Shown piece by piece: positions 12,801-26,832 of a DNA stretch of 64,000 nucleotides. The position numbers and the translations under genes were made by a program. Position 1 is the first letter of the stretch; each line of letters opens with the position of its first letter. The notes under the pieces were generated by a model. That model was given only the letters and a program-made list of their open reading frames with translations, was not told the DNA's origin and searched no databases. The stretch lies in assembly GCF_009914755.1 (NCBI RefSeq), contig NC_060947.1; one strand, given 5' to 3'. Source of the DNA: the human T2T-CHM13v2.0 reference genome, Homo sapiens.

Positions 12801-13818
12801 CTACTATGTAGTCCCCTAGTTTTCATAACTTCAAACGGCAATCTGAATGTCTTTTTTTCCTTACAACATGTATTCTGATATCAGTACTTCCATTTGTACA
12901 GTCAACAGAAACTAAGAAATTAGCTGCATGTGTCTCTCTTAAGAACTCCTTCTGAAACTCCTTACTTGAGCTCTCACATTTGTTTGACTTCTTATGACTG
13001 CAGCACCTTAGCAAATATATTCTAAGGATATCATCGAGCTTTGTATGAAATGCATTAATCATTCATGCAGTTTTGATTGGCTTCTCTTCTTTATACAGTA
13101 TATAGCAGCCAAGCAAGGTCACTGTTGTAAGATTTATTACAAAGTGTCTTACTGACAATCGATTTTTCTCCTTCTAATATCTTATTGTGATACATTAGCC
13201 TATGGGCTTTTTTTGGTCATTATTTAGAAGAGTAAAAGTAGCACTTATCTGTCCTAATTCTTTAACAATCAGCCATTGTAAGAGGAAATTCAGAAGGGAA
13301 AAATTACAATGATGTATTGTTTCCCTAGTCACAAATGTGAAATAAGTCAATAAGGCAAATGAGTTAGCTCAGAATATTCAGTGGTCCCAGGAATTACTGC
13401 CATTTGGTACTGGTACCATTTTTAGGTAGAAATGTAGTGAAATTTGCAATCTATAAAAATGTCAGGTTGTATCTCTTCCTGAACTGTCCTCTTCCCATTT
13501 TTCATTAGAATGATTTTGTAATTCCACAGTAATCTTTAGTAGGAAATACTTATAGAAGTAATAGATGGTTTTAAAAACTCCAAAGATCAGTTTATAGAAT
13601 ATGATACACTTTTTACATTAATGCGTTTTGGAAAAAATGTGTAAAAGTAAAAAATGTTTTTATACAAATCAAATATGTAACTTTTTAAGAAGATACTTGA
13701 AAAACGTACATGATGATTCCCTTTTTTTTAATACTAGTTGTCATCTTTTGATATTTTGTAATTGGAAGCCTGCCTTTCCAATTCTGACTCTTGCTTTGTG
13801 TCTTCTTACAACTATAAC

Positions 13819-15720
13819 TACAGTTCCTAAACTGTGTATCAAGGCACTTTGTGATACTAAGAGCTGTTTTAAAATTTCGAAACAGATTGACTTCTTGATT
13901 TGGTTCTTTGCTTGATCATTACTGGTGTATAGAAATGCTATTGATTTTTGTATGTTGATTTTGTATGCTGAGACTTTATTGAATTCATTTATTAAATCTA
14001 GGAGTTTTTTGGAGGAGTATTTAGGGATTTCTAGGTATAAGATCATATTGTCAGCAAAGAGAGATAATTTGACTTCCTCTTTTCTCATTTGGATGCCTTT
14101 TCTTTCTTCCTCTTGCCTGATTACTCTGGCTAACACGTCTAGTACTATGTTGAATGGGAGTGGTGAGAGTCTGCATCCTTGACCTGTTCCAAATCTTGGG
14201 GGAATGCTTTCAGATATCCCCATTCAGCGTGGTGTTGGTCATGGGCACAATAAAAGAAATAATCAATAGTGTGAACAGACAGTCTGCACAATTGGAGAAA
14301 ATATTTGTAAATTATGCATCCAACAAGGGACTAATATCCAGACTCTAAAAGGTACTCAAACAACTCAACAAAATACCTGCAAATAACCCCATTAAAAAGC
14401 AAACAAAGGACATGAACAAGCGTTTTGCAAAAGAAGACATACAAATGGCCAAGAAGCATATGAAAAAAAAAATGCTCAACATCACTCTTCATCAGAAAAA
14501 TGCAAATCCAAACCACAATGAGACTCCATCTTACACCAGTCAGAATGCCTATTAAAAGGCAAAAATAACAGATGTTGGTGAGGATGTGCAGAAATCAGAG
14601 CACTTATATACACTGTTAGTGGGAATGCAATTAGTATAACCTCTATGGAAAACAGTATGGAGATTTCCCAAAGAACTAAAAATAGATCTACCATTCTATT
14701 CAGCAGTCCCACTACTGAGTATGTACTCAAAGGAAAAAAAAATCATTATATCAAAAATATTCCTGAACCCGTATGTTTATTACAGCACTATTCACAATAT
14801 CAGAAATATGAAATCAACCTAAGTGCCCACTGATGGATAATTGGATAAAGAAAATGTGGTATGTATACACAAATAAATACTATTGATCCATAAAAAAAAT
14901 TAATGAAATCATGTCTTTTGCAGCAACATGGATGGAACCGGAGGACATTATCTGATGTGATGTAACTCAGAAAGTCAAATACGGCACGTTCTCACTCATA
15001 AGTGGAAACCAAATAATGTGTGTACATGGACATAGAGACTGGAATGATAGGCAATGGAGATTTGGGAGGGTGAGAAGTTGGGGGTGGCGGTGTGTGGGGT
15101 GAAAAATTACTTAGTGGGTAAATTGTTTACTCTCCAGGTGATAACTACAGTAAAAGCCCAGACTTTGCTACTATACAATTTATACATGTAGCAAAATGGC
15201 ACTTGTACTTTCTAAATATATGAAAACTAAAAAACAAATTCAAAAGGAATCTACTAATATCCATCAGACACAGTATAAACTACTAGGAAAGGTAGTTCCC
15301 AGTTTCACCATTAGATCACGTGAAATTCCTTTTTGGTAACATTGTATCTTTGTGAAACGGGGTTTTAGCAATTTCCAGGATAAAAAGAAAGTACTGCACA
15401 AAAATAATATAGTACAAGAAATGAGGGCGATCATCTACAAACTGATTCCAAGGTTTGAGAGTGTGTACAGTGCTCAACAGGTACATGCATCTTGTGGCTA
15501 GTTAAAAATGAAATAAAAGTTCTATTTTTCTTTTAATCTATGTGTATTACATTTTTTCCCCAAGTGACTACTAAATTATCAGTGAAAAATGCCCATTAAG
15601 TTGTCAGGGCATAACTCAATAAACAAAACTATAACATATGAATTTTGGTCTGGGGGCCCCACATAAAATTTTACTGAAACACTGAGGTTATTTTGCTGTG
15701 AGAACACTTAAGACCCTCTG
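13819..15720 (+). mobile_element. hAT-Charlie DNA transposon (MER119-like) split by an L1
   Basis: Start cagttcctaaactgtgt; resumes after the L1 with tatctttgtgaaacggggtttt...ctgattccaaggtttgaga. Family name is from memory. Confidence 0.55.
13883..15235. mobile_element. L1 (L1PB/MA-like) with 5' inversion: antisense RT 13883-14245, sense 3' end 14245-15235
   Basis: Minus ORF 13741..14223 contains [17 protein letters not shown]...LFADNMILY (L1 RT motifs); a sense 3'UTR follows. Degenerate TSD aaatttcgaaa / aaattcaaaa. Confidence 0.9.
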
Positions 15721-16080
15721 AACTATATGTATTATCTCCAGTGAAATATTTGAATATAACAAGGAGTGTTACAGTGGCAAAACTGTTTTCAAATTATTCA
15801 AAATAATAGATGATATGAATTTATAAATATATATAAAATAGTGTCGTGCAGGATACTTTATGCCCTCCATGAATCCAAAAGGGAAAATGTTTGTTGCATC
15901 TGAACCTCAACTTATAATTTAACCATACATAATTTTCTATGGTGGATAATAAAAATATTCAGACATGTTCATTAATTCTAATTTATTAACTCTTAGTTGA
16001 TCTAGTTGTTTAAAACATGTTATTTTGATCAGGTAGTAGACATTGATGGTTGCTTTCCCTGGAATCTACCCACTTACCAT

Positions 16081-16083
<3 letters not shown>

Positions 16084-16127
<44 letters not shown>

Positions 16128-16150
16128 GCACATCACACATACACACACAC
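16084..16150. repeat. (CA)~21 microsatellite with degenerate extension
   Basis: Directly visible. Confidence 0.95.
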
Positions 16151-16278
16151 GTATACAAGGCAACCATGTTATCCTACCTCTTTGCTCCAGATTTGGATCT
16201 ACCCAAACCAGTCAACATAATTCCATTCCCCTTAGGCCAATGTGTGGTTAAGAATGAGCATGTGATGTGAATTAGTTG

Positions 16279-16630
<352 letters not shown>

Positions 16631-17409
16631 TCACTGAAGGAAAACTAGGCAGCCTGTGTCACAGGTTGTGTTAGCAGCCATCTTAAAAGAGTTAGGGGAA
16701 CAAGCCTCAGGAATAGGTCAACTCTATGAAGGCAAAAAACAGTTACTCTATCAAAATAAAAAGTTAGTTTTGGTGACGCTTTTACTTTGCTGAACCAATT
16801 CTAACTTGAAGCCATCTACGTGTAAACCAACCTGCAACACAAACATATCTGGAATTTTCAGAAAATTGAGCCAATAAGTGTTATCTTTGTTAAAATTTTC
16901 TGTTACTTGCAACCAAATCATTTTTAGTGGTACAGATGTCTTACTCCTTTTATAGACACAAGTAATAACACCTTAGAAAGTAATGCTAAAACTCAAACAA
17001 AATTTTTTTGTTGTTGTGGGAAAACAATTTGTTGCCATTCAAATAATGATAATAAGTGAGGTTAATTCTGTGTGAGGTTAATTCTCCATTTCTATGAAAA
17101 AAAATCACACTTATTTAATGTCATGTAACTACCATATATGTATGTGTGTTTGTGCCTACATGAGTATACAAATACACGGATGTACTAAAAAAAACAGAGA
17201 CTAACTTTCGTTGAGTTTCTATCATGTGTGAGCCAAGATTATGTTATTTAAAATATGTTTTCTCATATTATGGTTTATTAAATAAATACCCTCAAACTGC
17301 ACAATTCCTCTTTGGTAAACAAAAATATTTTTAAACTAATTAAATATTTTCAATCTAAAATTTCCCCATTATAGGTACATGCTAGAAAAATAGTGATGGT
17401 CATTTAAAT

Positions 17410-17540
17410 CAGTGGTTCTCAACCATGGCTGCCCATGACCGTCCTTGGTTATATGAATTTTGTTTGTCTGTATTGAGGTCTATGCATTATTAACAATGCT
17501 CCAGGTTATTCTAAATGTGCGGTTAGGATAGAGTAACTCC
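17410..17540. mobile_element. MER5-like hAT MITE relic
   Basis: cagtggttctcaacc...taacaatgctccaggttattctaa. Confidence 0.5.
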
Positions 17541-18665
17541 ATTTTATGAGATCTTCCTCAAAGAGTCTTTGTTCCCACTACCTACTTTTGTTTCTTTAAC
17601 CTCTCTGCCAAGTTTCTGACCTATGAATAATTAGCCAGCAGCTTTATCCTGTTTTAATTCAGAGTATAGACAGTCAAGCTGCAGCTACATATTGGACTCT
17701 GTCAGGAACCTAAGCTAAAATATCAACCCATTTTTTTTCTTTCTTCACCTTCCTTCAGTAAATCACCAGCTGTCAGCATCTCCTTTGGATTTTCTGGCTT
17801 TTAAGAGTCAATGCTTAACAAACATCATTTTGCTCCCTTAGCTGAATTGAAGGGCATCAGTAAGAAATCTATTAGGAGGCTTGAGAATGTGAACTTGGGC
17901 ATAGACTTTAATTCAAGTAATTTTCCTTGCTGTCTGTGAAGTAACAGTGATGGGATGATTGCCTCCTCCCACGTTTTCTTCCAAGCTCTCAAAATGCTAA
18001 GCATTACTAATCAATAGCAGGTAAATTAGATTCAATGAAAACTGTTGGTGTTTATTTTCAAACACATTACCACAGAAGTCTTGCTCCAAATGTGACATCT
18101 GTGTTTCACTAAAAGGTAAGAAAACCATGACTATTTATAGCTTAAATCATTGCTATGTTGTTTTGTTTTTCTCAATAGCGCTTTCTCACTATTTTCTCAA
18201 ATTGCAGGACTCTCCAGAAGTGAAATAAATTTCAGAGTCCTAAGTATTATATTTCATTACAATACAGGATACACAAAAGCCTTCAAAATAATTTGATTCC
18301 TAATTTTTTGAGGTTTAAGAGAGATTTTCTGGACACGGTGGAAACAGGATATACGCTTTTTTTTTTTGTGATCTGAATCACGCACAATAGTACCAGCTGC
18401 TTCCGTTTTCTTACTCCGAACAATATCTTTACACACTGCCATTAGAGAACAGCACTCTCAGGCTTATTAAAGTCATTTGTAAATTGTTGAAGGCAAAGAT
18501 CACAGTTGGGTGTACATTTCCCAAAATGTATTGTTACTAGATGTCAGGCTTATTCACTTCCTGTTATTTAAATGAGATTCCAGAGTCTTATATATGAGTA
18601 TTGTGAAAATATAACATAATAAAATACAGAACTATATCTTTCCTGGTTCCTTAAATAATTGGGTT

Positions 18666-18699
18666 GTGTGTGTGTGCGTGTGTGTGTGTGTGTGTGTGT
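18666..18699. repeat. (TG)n microsatellite
   Basis: Directly visible. Confidence 0.95.
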
Positions 18700-20034
18700 A
18701 TTTTAAAGTCTACATTTTATTTGCATTTCAGAATTCTGGCTAAAAGGCTTATTTTATATATACAGAGAGAGACTTTTATACAACCAATATCTAGAACTCT
18801 CTAAACTCACTTAGTTCTCTATGAAATCACCAAAGGTCCAACTAAAATCCTGCTTAATATAACATAAAATGCTGCTAGATTCAATTTAGAACTTACCCCT
18901 ATTATTTTGTGGCATTACTGTAGCCACCTAAGGTAAGTGATGAAGAGAAGAAAAAGTACGCATCCCCTCATCATTTCCTATCTCCTGAAAAGTGTTATCT
19001 GACTTGAAGAAGAAAAACATGTCTTGGGGAAAGAACTATAGACAAATAGAAAAACCTACACTTGAAAGATTCAAAGTTAAAATGGTATCTACAGTGAGAA
19101 AGCTTGTTCTCTCCGTCTGACAGAATTCTGCTTTTTTCATCAGCATTCAGTTTTAATGCATTTTTCAGTAATGCAAACAACAATAAACAAATGAAAAAGC
19201 AAAGAAAACATATCACTTAGAACCAGATGTCCGATTTAGTTATCATGTAATCAGAGGAGTCAAAAGCCAATTTCACTCAGTAAAGAAAAAGCAGATATGT
19301 AACTTTTATAGCCAATGATGCTTTCACTGGGAAAAAAGAGGTTGTTAATGTGAATATGCATGTGAAAGTTACTATTGTCTTTAACGCAAGCTTGCAATAT
19401 TTTCAACATTCAGATAAATTACTAAAAAAGGCTTTTTCCTTCAATAAGCAAATTCAGGAGAACTTTTAATACAGCAAAATCTAAATGTGATTACAAGTTA
19501 CACTTTTTGTCAAGGATTTGAAAGACTGTCTATTAGGCTTCAGGTATTTGTGTTATGGGCTTTAGGAAAAACATGTAATACATGCAACGTACAGAGGGTT
19601 TTAAATTTGAAAATGTATTAGCAATATTATTAAGATATCCAATTAAGAAGAGTCACACATAATGTTTATTTTGGTATCAAAGGAAACATGGAAATTTTGA
19701 GGTAAGGTAGATCAACACTCTTCATTTTACAGATAAAGAAACTCACCTCAAAGAGGTCAAATGACTCACTAAATATAGGCAGTTAGCAGAATAATCAGGA
19801 AAAGAAAGCAAATCTTTTAGTTGAGTCACATTTTTTCCATTACAGCACACCTCACTGAGAAGAATCCGAAACGTCACAGATTATCACCATCTACAGAATG
19901 AACTATGTAACAAACACAAACATAAATTTATTTTAAATACAAACGTACATTAATTTTTAAAATTTAGCTTGTCTCATTAGATAAACTGTATTAAATACAG
20001 GAAAGTATAAAAGTGCAAAAAACATACTTAGTTT

Positions 20035-20450
20035 AAAAAGGAGGAAATGCTGTCATTTGTAACAACTTCGATGAACCTGGGGGACATTATGTTAAGTAAA
20101 ATAACTAGGCACAGAAAGATAAACAATGCATGTCACTTACATGGGGAATCTAAAAAGTCAAACTCATGGAAGCAAAGAATGGTGGTCACCAGGAACTGGC
20201 AGCAATTAGGGAAGAGAGGCATTGGGATGATGTTAGTCAAAGGATATAAAATTTCACTTAGATATGAGAGATAACTTCAAGAGATCCATTATACAACATG
20301 GTGACTGTGGTTAATAACAACGTATTGTATACTTGAAAATAGCCAAGAGAGTAGATTTTAAGTGTTCTCACCATAAAAAATGTTAAGTATGTGAGTTAAT
20401 AGATACGTTAATTAGCTTGATTTAGCTGTTTCACAATGTACACATATTAA
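20035..20450 (+). mobile_element. L1MA-like 3' end
   Basis: gaaatgctgtcatttgtaacaac...gttaattagcttgatttagc; lacks the extreme 3' end and poly-A. Confidence 0.85.
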
Positions 20451-20459
20451 AATGGATTA

Positions 20460-23450
20460 AATATTTAATTAGTTTTCTCTAAATTGTCTACTTTGGGTCC
20501 AAAGTCTGTGAGAATCTTTTGTATTTCTGTGGGATCAGATGTAACATTACCTTTTTCTTTTCTGATTGTGCTCATTTGGATCTTTCTTTTTTTCTTTGTT
20601 AATCTAGCTAGCAGTCTATGGATCTCGTTTATCCTTTCAAAGGACCAACTTGGTTTTGTCGATTCTTTATATGGATTTTTGGGTCTCAATTTCATTCAGT
20701 TCTGCTCTTGGTTATTGCTTTGCTTCTACTAGCTTTAGGGTTAGTTTGTTCTTGGTTTTTGTTTTTTTAGTTCCTCTAGGTGTGATGTTAGTTAATTTCA
20801 GATATTTTTAGCTTTTTGAGATTAGTAGTTAGCACAATACATTTTCCTCTTAACACTGATTTTGCTATATGTGAAAGATTTTGGTGTGTTGTATCTCTGT
20901 TTTCATTCATTTCAAAAAATTTTATTAATTTTTCATTAATAAAAAATTAACTTTATTGTTTACCTAAAAGTCATTCAGGAGTAAGTTGTTTAATTTCCAT
21001 GTAATTGTGTGGAATTGAGAGATCTTCTGGGAGTTGATTTCTATTTTTATCCATTGTGGTCTGAAAGTATGGTTAGTATAATTTCATTTTTTTAAATTTA
21101 TTGAGACTTGGTTTATGGTTGAACATGTGGTACATCTTAGAGTATGTTTCATGTGCAGATGAGAATAATATATATTGTGTGGTTGATGGGTGGAGTGCTC
21201 TATAGTTGTCCACTAAGTCCAATTGTTCGAAGGCCAAATCTAAATCTCCAATTTCTTCATTAGTTTTCTGCCTTGATGATCCATCTAATGATTTCAGTGG
21301 GATGTTGAAATCCTCCACTGTTATTGTGTGGCTGTCCAAGTCTTTTTGTAGGTCTTACAGTTATTTCATGAATCTAGATGCTCTAGTGTTGGGTGTGTAT
21401 ATATTTAGGATAGTTATGCCTTTTTGTTTAACATTTATCATTATGTAATGCCTTTCTTTGTCCTTTTTTACTGTTGTTTGTTTAAAGTCTGCTTCATCTA
21501 ATATAAGAATAATGACCCCTGCTCTTTTTTGTTTTCCATTCGCATAACATATTTTTCTCCAATTCTATACTTTGAGCCTATGGTTGTTTTGTGTGACATG
21601 AGTTTCTTGAAGACAGTAGATGAATGGGTCTTGTTTTTTTTCCAACTTGCAACTCTGTGCCATTTATGTGGGGGCATTTAGGCCATTTATATTCAAGGTT
21701 AATACTGATATGTGAGGTTGTGATCCTATTGTGAAGTTGTAAGCTGGTCTCTTTGTAGTTTCTATTTTGTGTTTGCTTTATAGGGTCTTTGGGCTATGTA
21801 CTTTAGTGATCTTTTATGGTAGCAGGTATCATTCTGTTGTTTTGATGTTTAGAATTCCCTTAAGAATCTCTTGTAATTCTGGTCTAGTAGTAACAAATTC
21901 CCATAGTGCTTGCTTGTCTGGAAAATATTTTATTTCTCCTGCAATTATGAGGCTGAGTTTGGCAGGATATGAAATTATTGGTTGGAATTTCCTTTCTTTA
22001 AGAATGCTAAAAATAGGCCCTAATCTCTCCCATCTGATAAGTTTTCTGATGAGAAGTCAGACACTCATCTCATGAGTGTCTTTCAGGTGTTCTCTGAAGT
22101 TCATGTATCTGGATGTCTACCTCTCTAGCAAAATTAGGGAAATTTTCTTGAATTAGTCTCTTACATATGTTTTCCTGGTTATTTCCTTTTCTTCTTTCTC
22201 TCTCAGGAATGCCAATAATTTGTAGGTTTGGTCACTTTACATAATACCAAATTTCTCAAGGACTTAATCTTTTAGAATCCTTTTTTATTTTTGTATGACT
22301 GGGTTAGTTTAAAAGAGCAATCTTGAAGCTCTGGAGTTCATTCTTCTACTTAGTTCAGTCTATTGATAAAGCTTTCAGTTGTATTTTAAGGTTTTTGTAC
22401 TCCAGAAGCTCTGATTAATTTCTTTTTAAGATGTTTACCTTTTCCTTCATTTCCTGGATTGATTTAGAAGCTTATTTGTGTTGATATTCAACCTTGTCTT
22501 GGATCTCATTGAATTTTCTTGTAATCTTGATTTGAAGTGTCTATCTGTCATTTCTGAGTTTCCATTCTGGTTTGTGACCACTGCTGGAGAGCTAGTATAA
22601 TCATTTGGTGTCACTACATTCAGATTGTTCATGGTGACAGAATTCTTGCACTGGTTCCTTCTCATCTGGAGATCCTGGCAATTCTAATTTTTGTAAATAT
22701 TTTCATGCTGATAGGATTTTTTTCTTTCTTTCCTTATAATATTATTGCTTTTCTTTTTCTTTCCCTTTTCTTTTACTCCCATCCTTATGGGATGTGACTT
22801 TAGAGGGTACTGATTAGGGTCTTTTGGCTTTGCTTCTATAGCCCTATGCACTTCTTTCGGCAGGTTTTATATTGGACTATGCAGTTTAACCCACAAGCCA
22901 GTAGATGACACTTATGGGTAAGATACTACTGCAGCCAATATGACTAGGTACATACTTGATCCTTCTTTACTGGAAGAAGCTCTCTGTTGCCTCAGGCAAC
23001 GGGCTTATTTGTGGAGTGCACAGTGGGCTGAGCTCCCTGCCCTGCCCCAGAGGTACTGGGTCAAGATGGGCAGGGCCAGAACAGTCAGGCCCCTCTACAG
23101 GTACCCCAGTGGCAGGCAGAAGCACCAGTGCTTTGGAGGAATCCAGTGGGTACCCACCAAGCACCTAGAGGTGTGCCTAGGCATGGAGGTGGGAAACTTC
23201 CTCAGCTACAAGTTATCTGCATGGGGGGAAGAGGTAGCCTAAATTTCTAATCCAGGAGAGTCAGTGCTCCATGTTCCTGGAGATCTGCCTGGCCATGAAG
23301 TGGAGAGGCATCCTTGCACCAGGATCTCTGCACAGGAAGGGTGGGGCATCTCAGCTCGTTAGTCCATGTGAGTGGATGCTCTGAATGCCTGGAGATCCGA
23401 CTGTGTGTGGAACAGAGAGGCCCCCACTTGCACCATGATCTATGCACAAG
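20460..23450 (-). mobile_element. L1 5' half (5'UTR, ORF1, ORF2 endonuclease), 3'-truncated
   Basis: ORFs 22447..22665 (MRRNQCKNS, ORF1 start) and 21073..21339 (DFNIPL...HETYSK, EN domain); GC-rich 5'UTR at ~22900-23450. Confidence 0.9.
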
Positions 23451-23454
23451 AAAA

Positions 23455-23850
23455 ATTAATATTAATTTTTTTCTTTTTAAATGAATATTACCTTCCTGGA
23501 ATTCACTCTATATTAGTTAATAGGGATCTTTCTCATTCTGTTTTACAGTTACATAGTACTCACTTGTGTGTATGTAACATAGTTTATTCAACCTCTCTCT
23601 AAGCTTGGACATCTAGGTAGTTTTCAATATTTTGTGATTACAAATAATGCTTCAATAAATAACCTTGGTCATTTGTATTTTCATATTGTTGGAGTTGTGT
23701 CTTCAGGGTAAACTCTGAGAAGCTGGACTTCTAAGTTGAAGGATAAATGCCTATGTGCCTTTGATATATTTTACCAAATTCTCCTTCATATGAGATTGTA
23801 ACATTTGGATTGTTACTGGTAATGTATGAGAGTGCCTGTTTACCCCAGGC
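23455..23850 (-). mobile_element. L1ME-like fragment
   Basis: ggacatctaggtagttttcaatattttgtgattacaaataatgct. Confidence 0.6.
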
Positions 23851-26832
23851 TCAGCATGAACTTTATACAAAAGTTAAGATGATGCTGTTAAGATCATATT
23901 ATTTCCCAATTTTAAAATATCACATTGTATTACAGGCACTTCCATATGCCATTAAAGCCCTCTGTAAATATGATTGTATATGGTTACATTATTGTCCATG
24001 AAGGCACTATACTATAATCAATGCATTCCATTTTGTACATTTATATACTTTTTAAATATTATTTTTACACTAAGTTACAATGAATATTTTTATTTTATAA
24101 TCATTCATCTATGTGTAAGACTGTGTCATTAGAATAAATTTCTAATATTTTTTCACTTAGTATCTTCATATGAAAGACACTGAAGCTTAGAAAAGTTTTT
24201 GCATTCTGTGAAAGATCTTTAGCAGAAATATTTTGCTAAAATCAAACAATTTACACAAATATGTGGGGCAATGAAGTTTTATTAAGTACAGTCATTAATG
24301 CAGTGGAGAGGAGAGGAAAGTACTGACTAAAGCAATCCCACTGACCTCCACGAATACTTCAAAATGTCTTTTTGTGTTTTCATCGGGGAGTTCTGGATTT
24401 GGTGAGCTTTAGAGTTTTAATAAAGAGCTTCAGAATGATTGCCAAGTACTTCAAGTGTTCTTGAGTGCACTTGGTGTTTGCAAGAATTTTCATTTCATAA
24501 ATTACTTTTTGTAGTAATTTAAGAAACTAAGTGCTTTTCTTTAAGCACCCAAATTTATGGTACAATCTCTATTGAAAATTTATGAACTTGTATCGTCTTC
24601 CTGTCTTAACATTGGGTCACTCTTCTGAGAAGCAAGTTCAAGTTTTTTATAGAATTTTCCTTTTCTCTGGAAACAGCAGGCTCTTAGAGAGGAATGCCTG
24701 TTTTCATTAAAGCTGTAACATAGCTGTGGGGATTGGAGGTTTTCCCTGTGGACACAATCATCTTATAAGCTACAAAATACTGGTATTTACACTGACAATA
24801 ATGTATCAGTCCTGTTCAATGACATAACTGTCCTTCCCTTTGCTGCCAACACATCAGGCCCCAAGCCTCCCTTACTGTCATGATCAATAATGCACCCCTG
24901 TCATGATCAGTAGTGACCCAGCAGCAATTTAAAACCTGCTGGTGTTTCTACCTCAAATCTTGCCTGGCTGCCTGGCTGCCTGGCTAACACTTTTGCCCCA
25001 AATTTTTCTGGTTTAATGAGAAGTTTGTTTGACAAAGAACCTGCCAACTGTAGCTCAGGTTGCTTTACCAGTCTCACTTCAAATTGCATATTCCTTGGTA
25101 TATAGCACCATCTGTATCATGCTGCTGGCCTGTTTGCATTTGGCCAAGTCTGGGCCTAGGTCAGGGAATTTCTGTCAATCATTCACTGCCATGAGATAGA
25201 GGAGTCTGCATGTTAAACTTCACACTGCATCTAGCTGGAAAAGAGATTTATAGCCTTTGGCTCCAGAACCTTAGAGCAACTATCCCAATCAATATTATAG
25301 TCTAAAATTTTGACCTAAAGCTATTTTTTCAAGGTTTTGTACCCAGCCCACAGCTTCTCTTTAATTAAGTTGGGCTCTCTTACACATTTTTTAAAAAAAT
25401 CAAAGGACCAATTAATGGGTCTTTACCACCAATATATATAACTAGTTCCTACCTCTCCAAAGCTTCAACTCTCTCTCTCATACAAACATGCACACATACA
25501 CAGTTGCACTATTAATTAAACTACATTCACAAAATGTATTAATGTGCCTTTCTCCCAAGCTAAACTGTGTACTTCTAATAGATAGAAAATGAGTCTTATG
25601 CATGTATGTTCCCTGCCTTCTTGGGTCTAGCACATGACCTGGAACAAACTCGTTTCTTGACTACTCTCTTTGAATGATTAAATCCATAAACACATGTGTT
25701 AATTCCTTTGAAATCTGTGTTACTAAGGTAAAAGAGGTGTTCATTAATTATTTCCAAGCTCAAACATTTGTTTGAAGACTAAAGTAGGAGGAAGACAAGC
25801 ATCAACAAATTCAGAGCTCCTTTAAACGGGACTTCAATGGCAAATAAACATGTTCTTTCTTTTGACAGTTATGAAGTGAAGAAAGGTCTTGACTGCTCAG
25901 TTTCATGTAGATCTGAATATACACATCTGGGTTGAATTTTCCCAAGTGACTATAGCCATGAAAGTGTTAAATCATATTCATTAATGAATTCATATAAAGG
26001 AGACTCATGCTCTTAATCATCCTGATATTAGGAAGATAAAATTTGGAATTATTATTGGAAATGGATGAAAGTTTCAATTGGGTATAATGGAAAGTAATGC
26101 AGAGCAGCAATGAGCTCTGAAATCATGCATTTACAGCCTATAACTTGAAATCTTGATATGTTTAAGACGTAACAACAGCTTGTAAAAACTCTTGAATACT
26201 TTCTGTACTTCTCTTTTTTAAGCCTATGAAAGTGTAAACTTGATAAGTTAGGGAATATGGATCTTTTAATAATGAACACACACTCATAGTGGGTATCCAA
26301 AAACATATTATTGATTGTTTTATATATAGATTGGAGAAATAAAAGTAATGAGAGTAGACATGCTAGAATATTTCATATATCCATGAGGTAGTAACTGGAT
26401 AAGACCTATCCTCTTATCATGAGTTGCTGTAGCACTGGACACATTCTTTGAGACAGCTGTTTCCAGGCACTGAGCAAAGCTGAAAAAAAAAAAAAAAAAA
26501 AACCTTTGATACTTAAGAGAGGGAAACACATGGGATAAGTCATTTTTCAACCTGGTTTCTGTCTGGGGGTAGTTTTCAGGATGCGATACAGGGAGGTGAA
26601 GCGTAAGTAGAGAAACAAGGGAGAAACAATACAAATGGTGATTGACTTCTTACTGGAAACAATGGCTGCCAAAATCAGGAATATCTGCTCTTCAAAAGAC
26701 ACTATTACAACAATAAAAAGATCAATCAAAGACTAGAAAAAAATATTTGCAAATCACAAATTTGAGAAAGGCTTATGTCCAGAATATATGCTTCAAAATC
26801 AGTAATATGAAAAATAATTTTGAACAGGTACT

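Noticed and set aside
17057-17088. Small tandem duplications (gtgaggttaattct x2; also 37242-37292 and 55437-55462)
   Set aside because: Ordinary slippage-scale duplications with no array structure; not CRISPR-like.
18257-18442. 61-aa minus ORF with a KKKKR stretch
   Set aside because: The lysine run comes from a T homopolymer; no recognisable homology or splice context.
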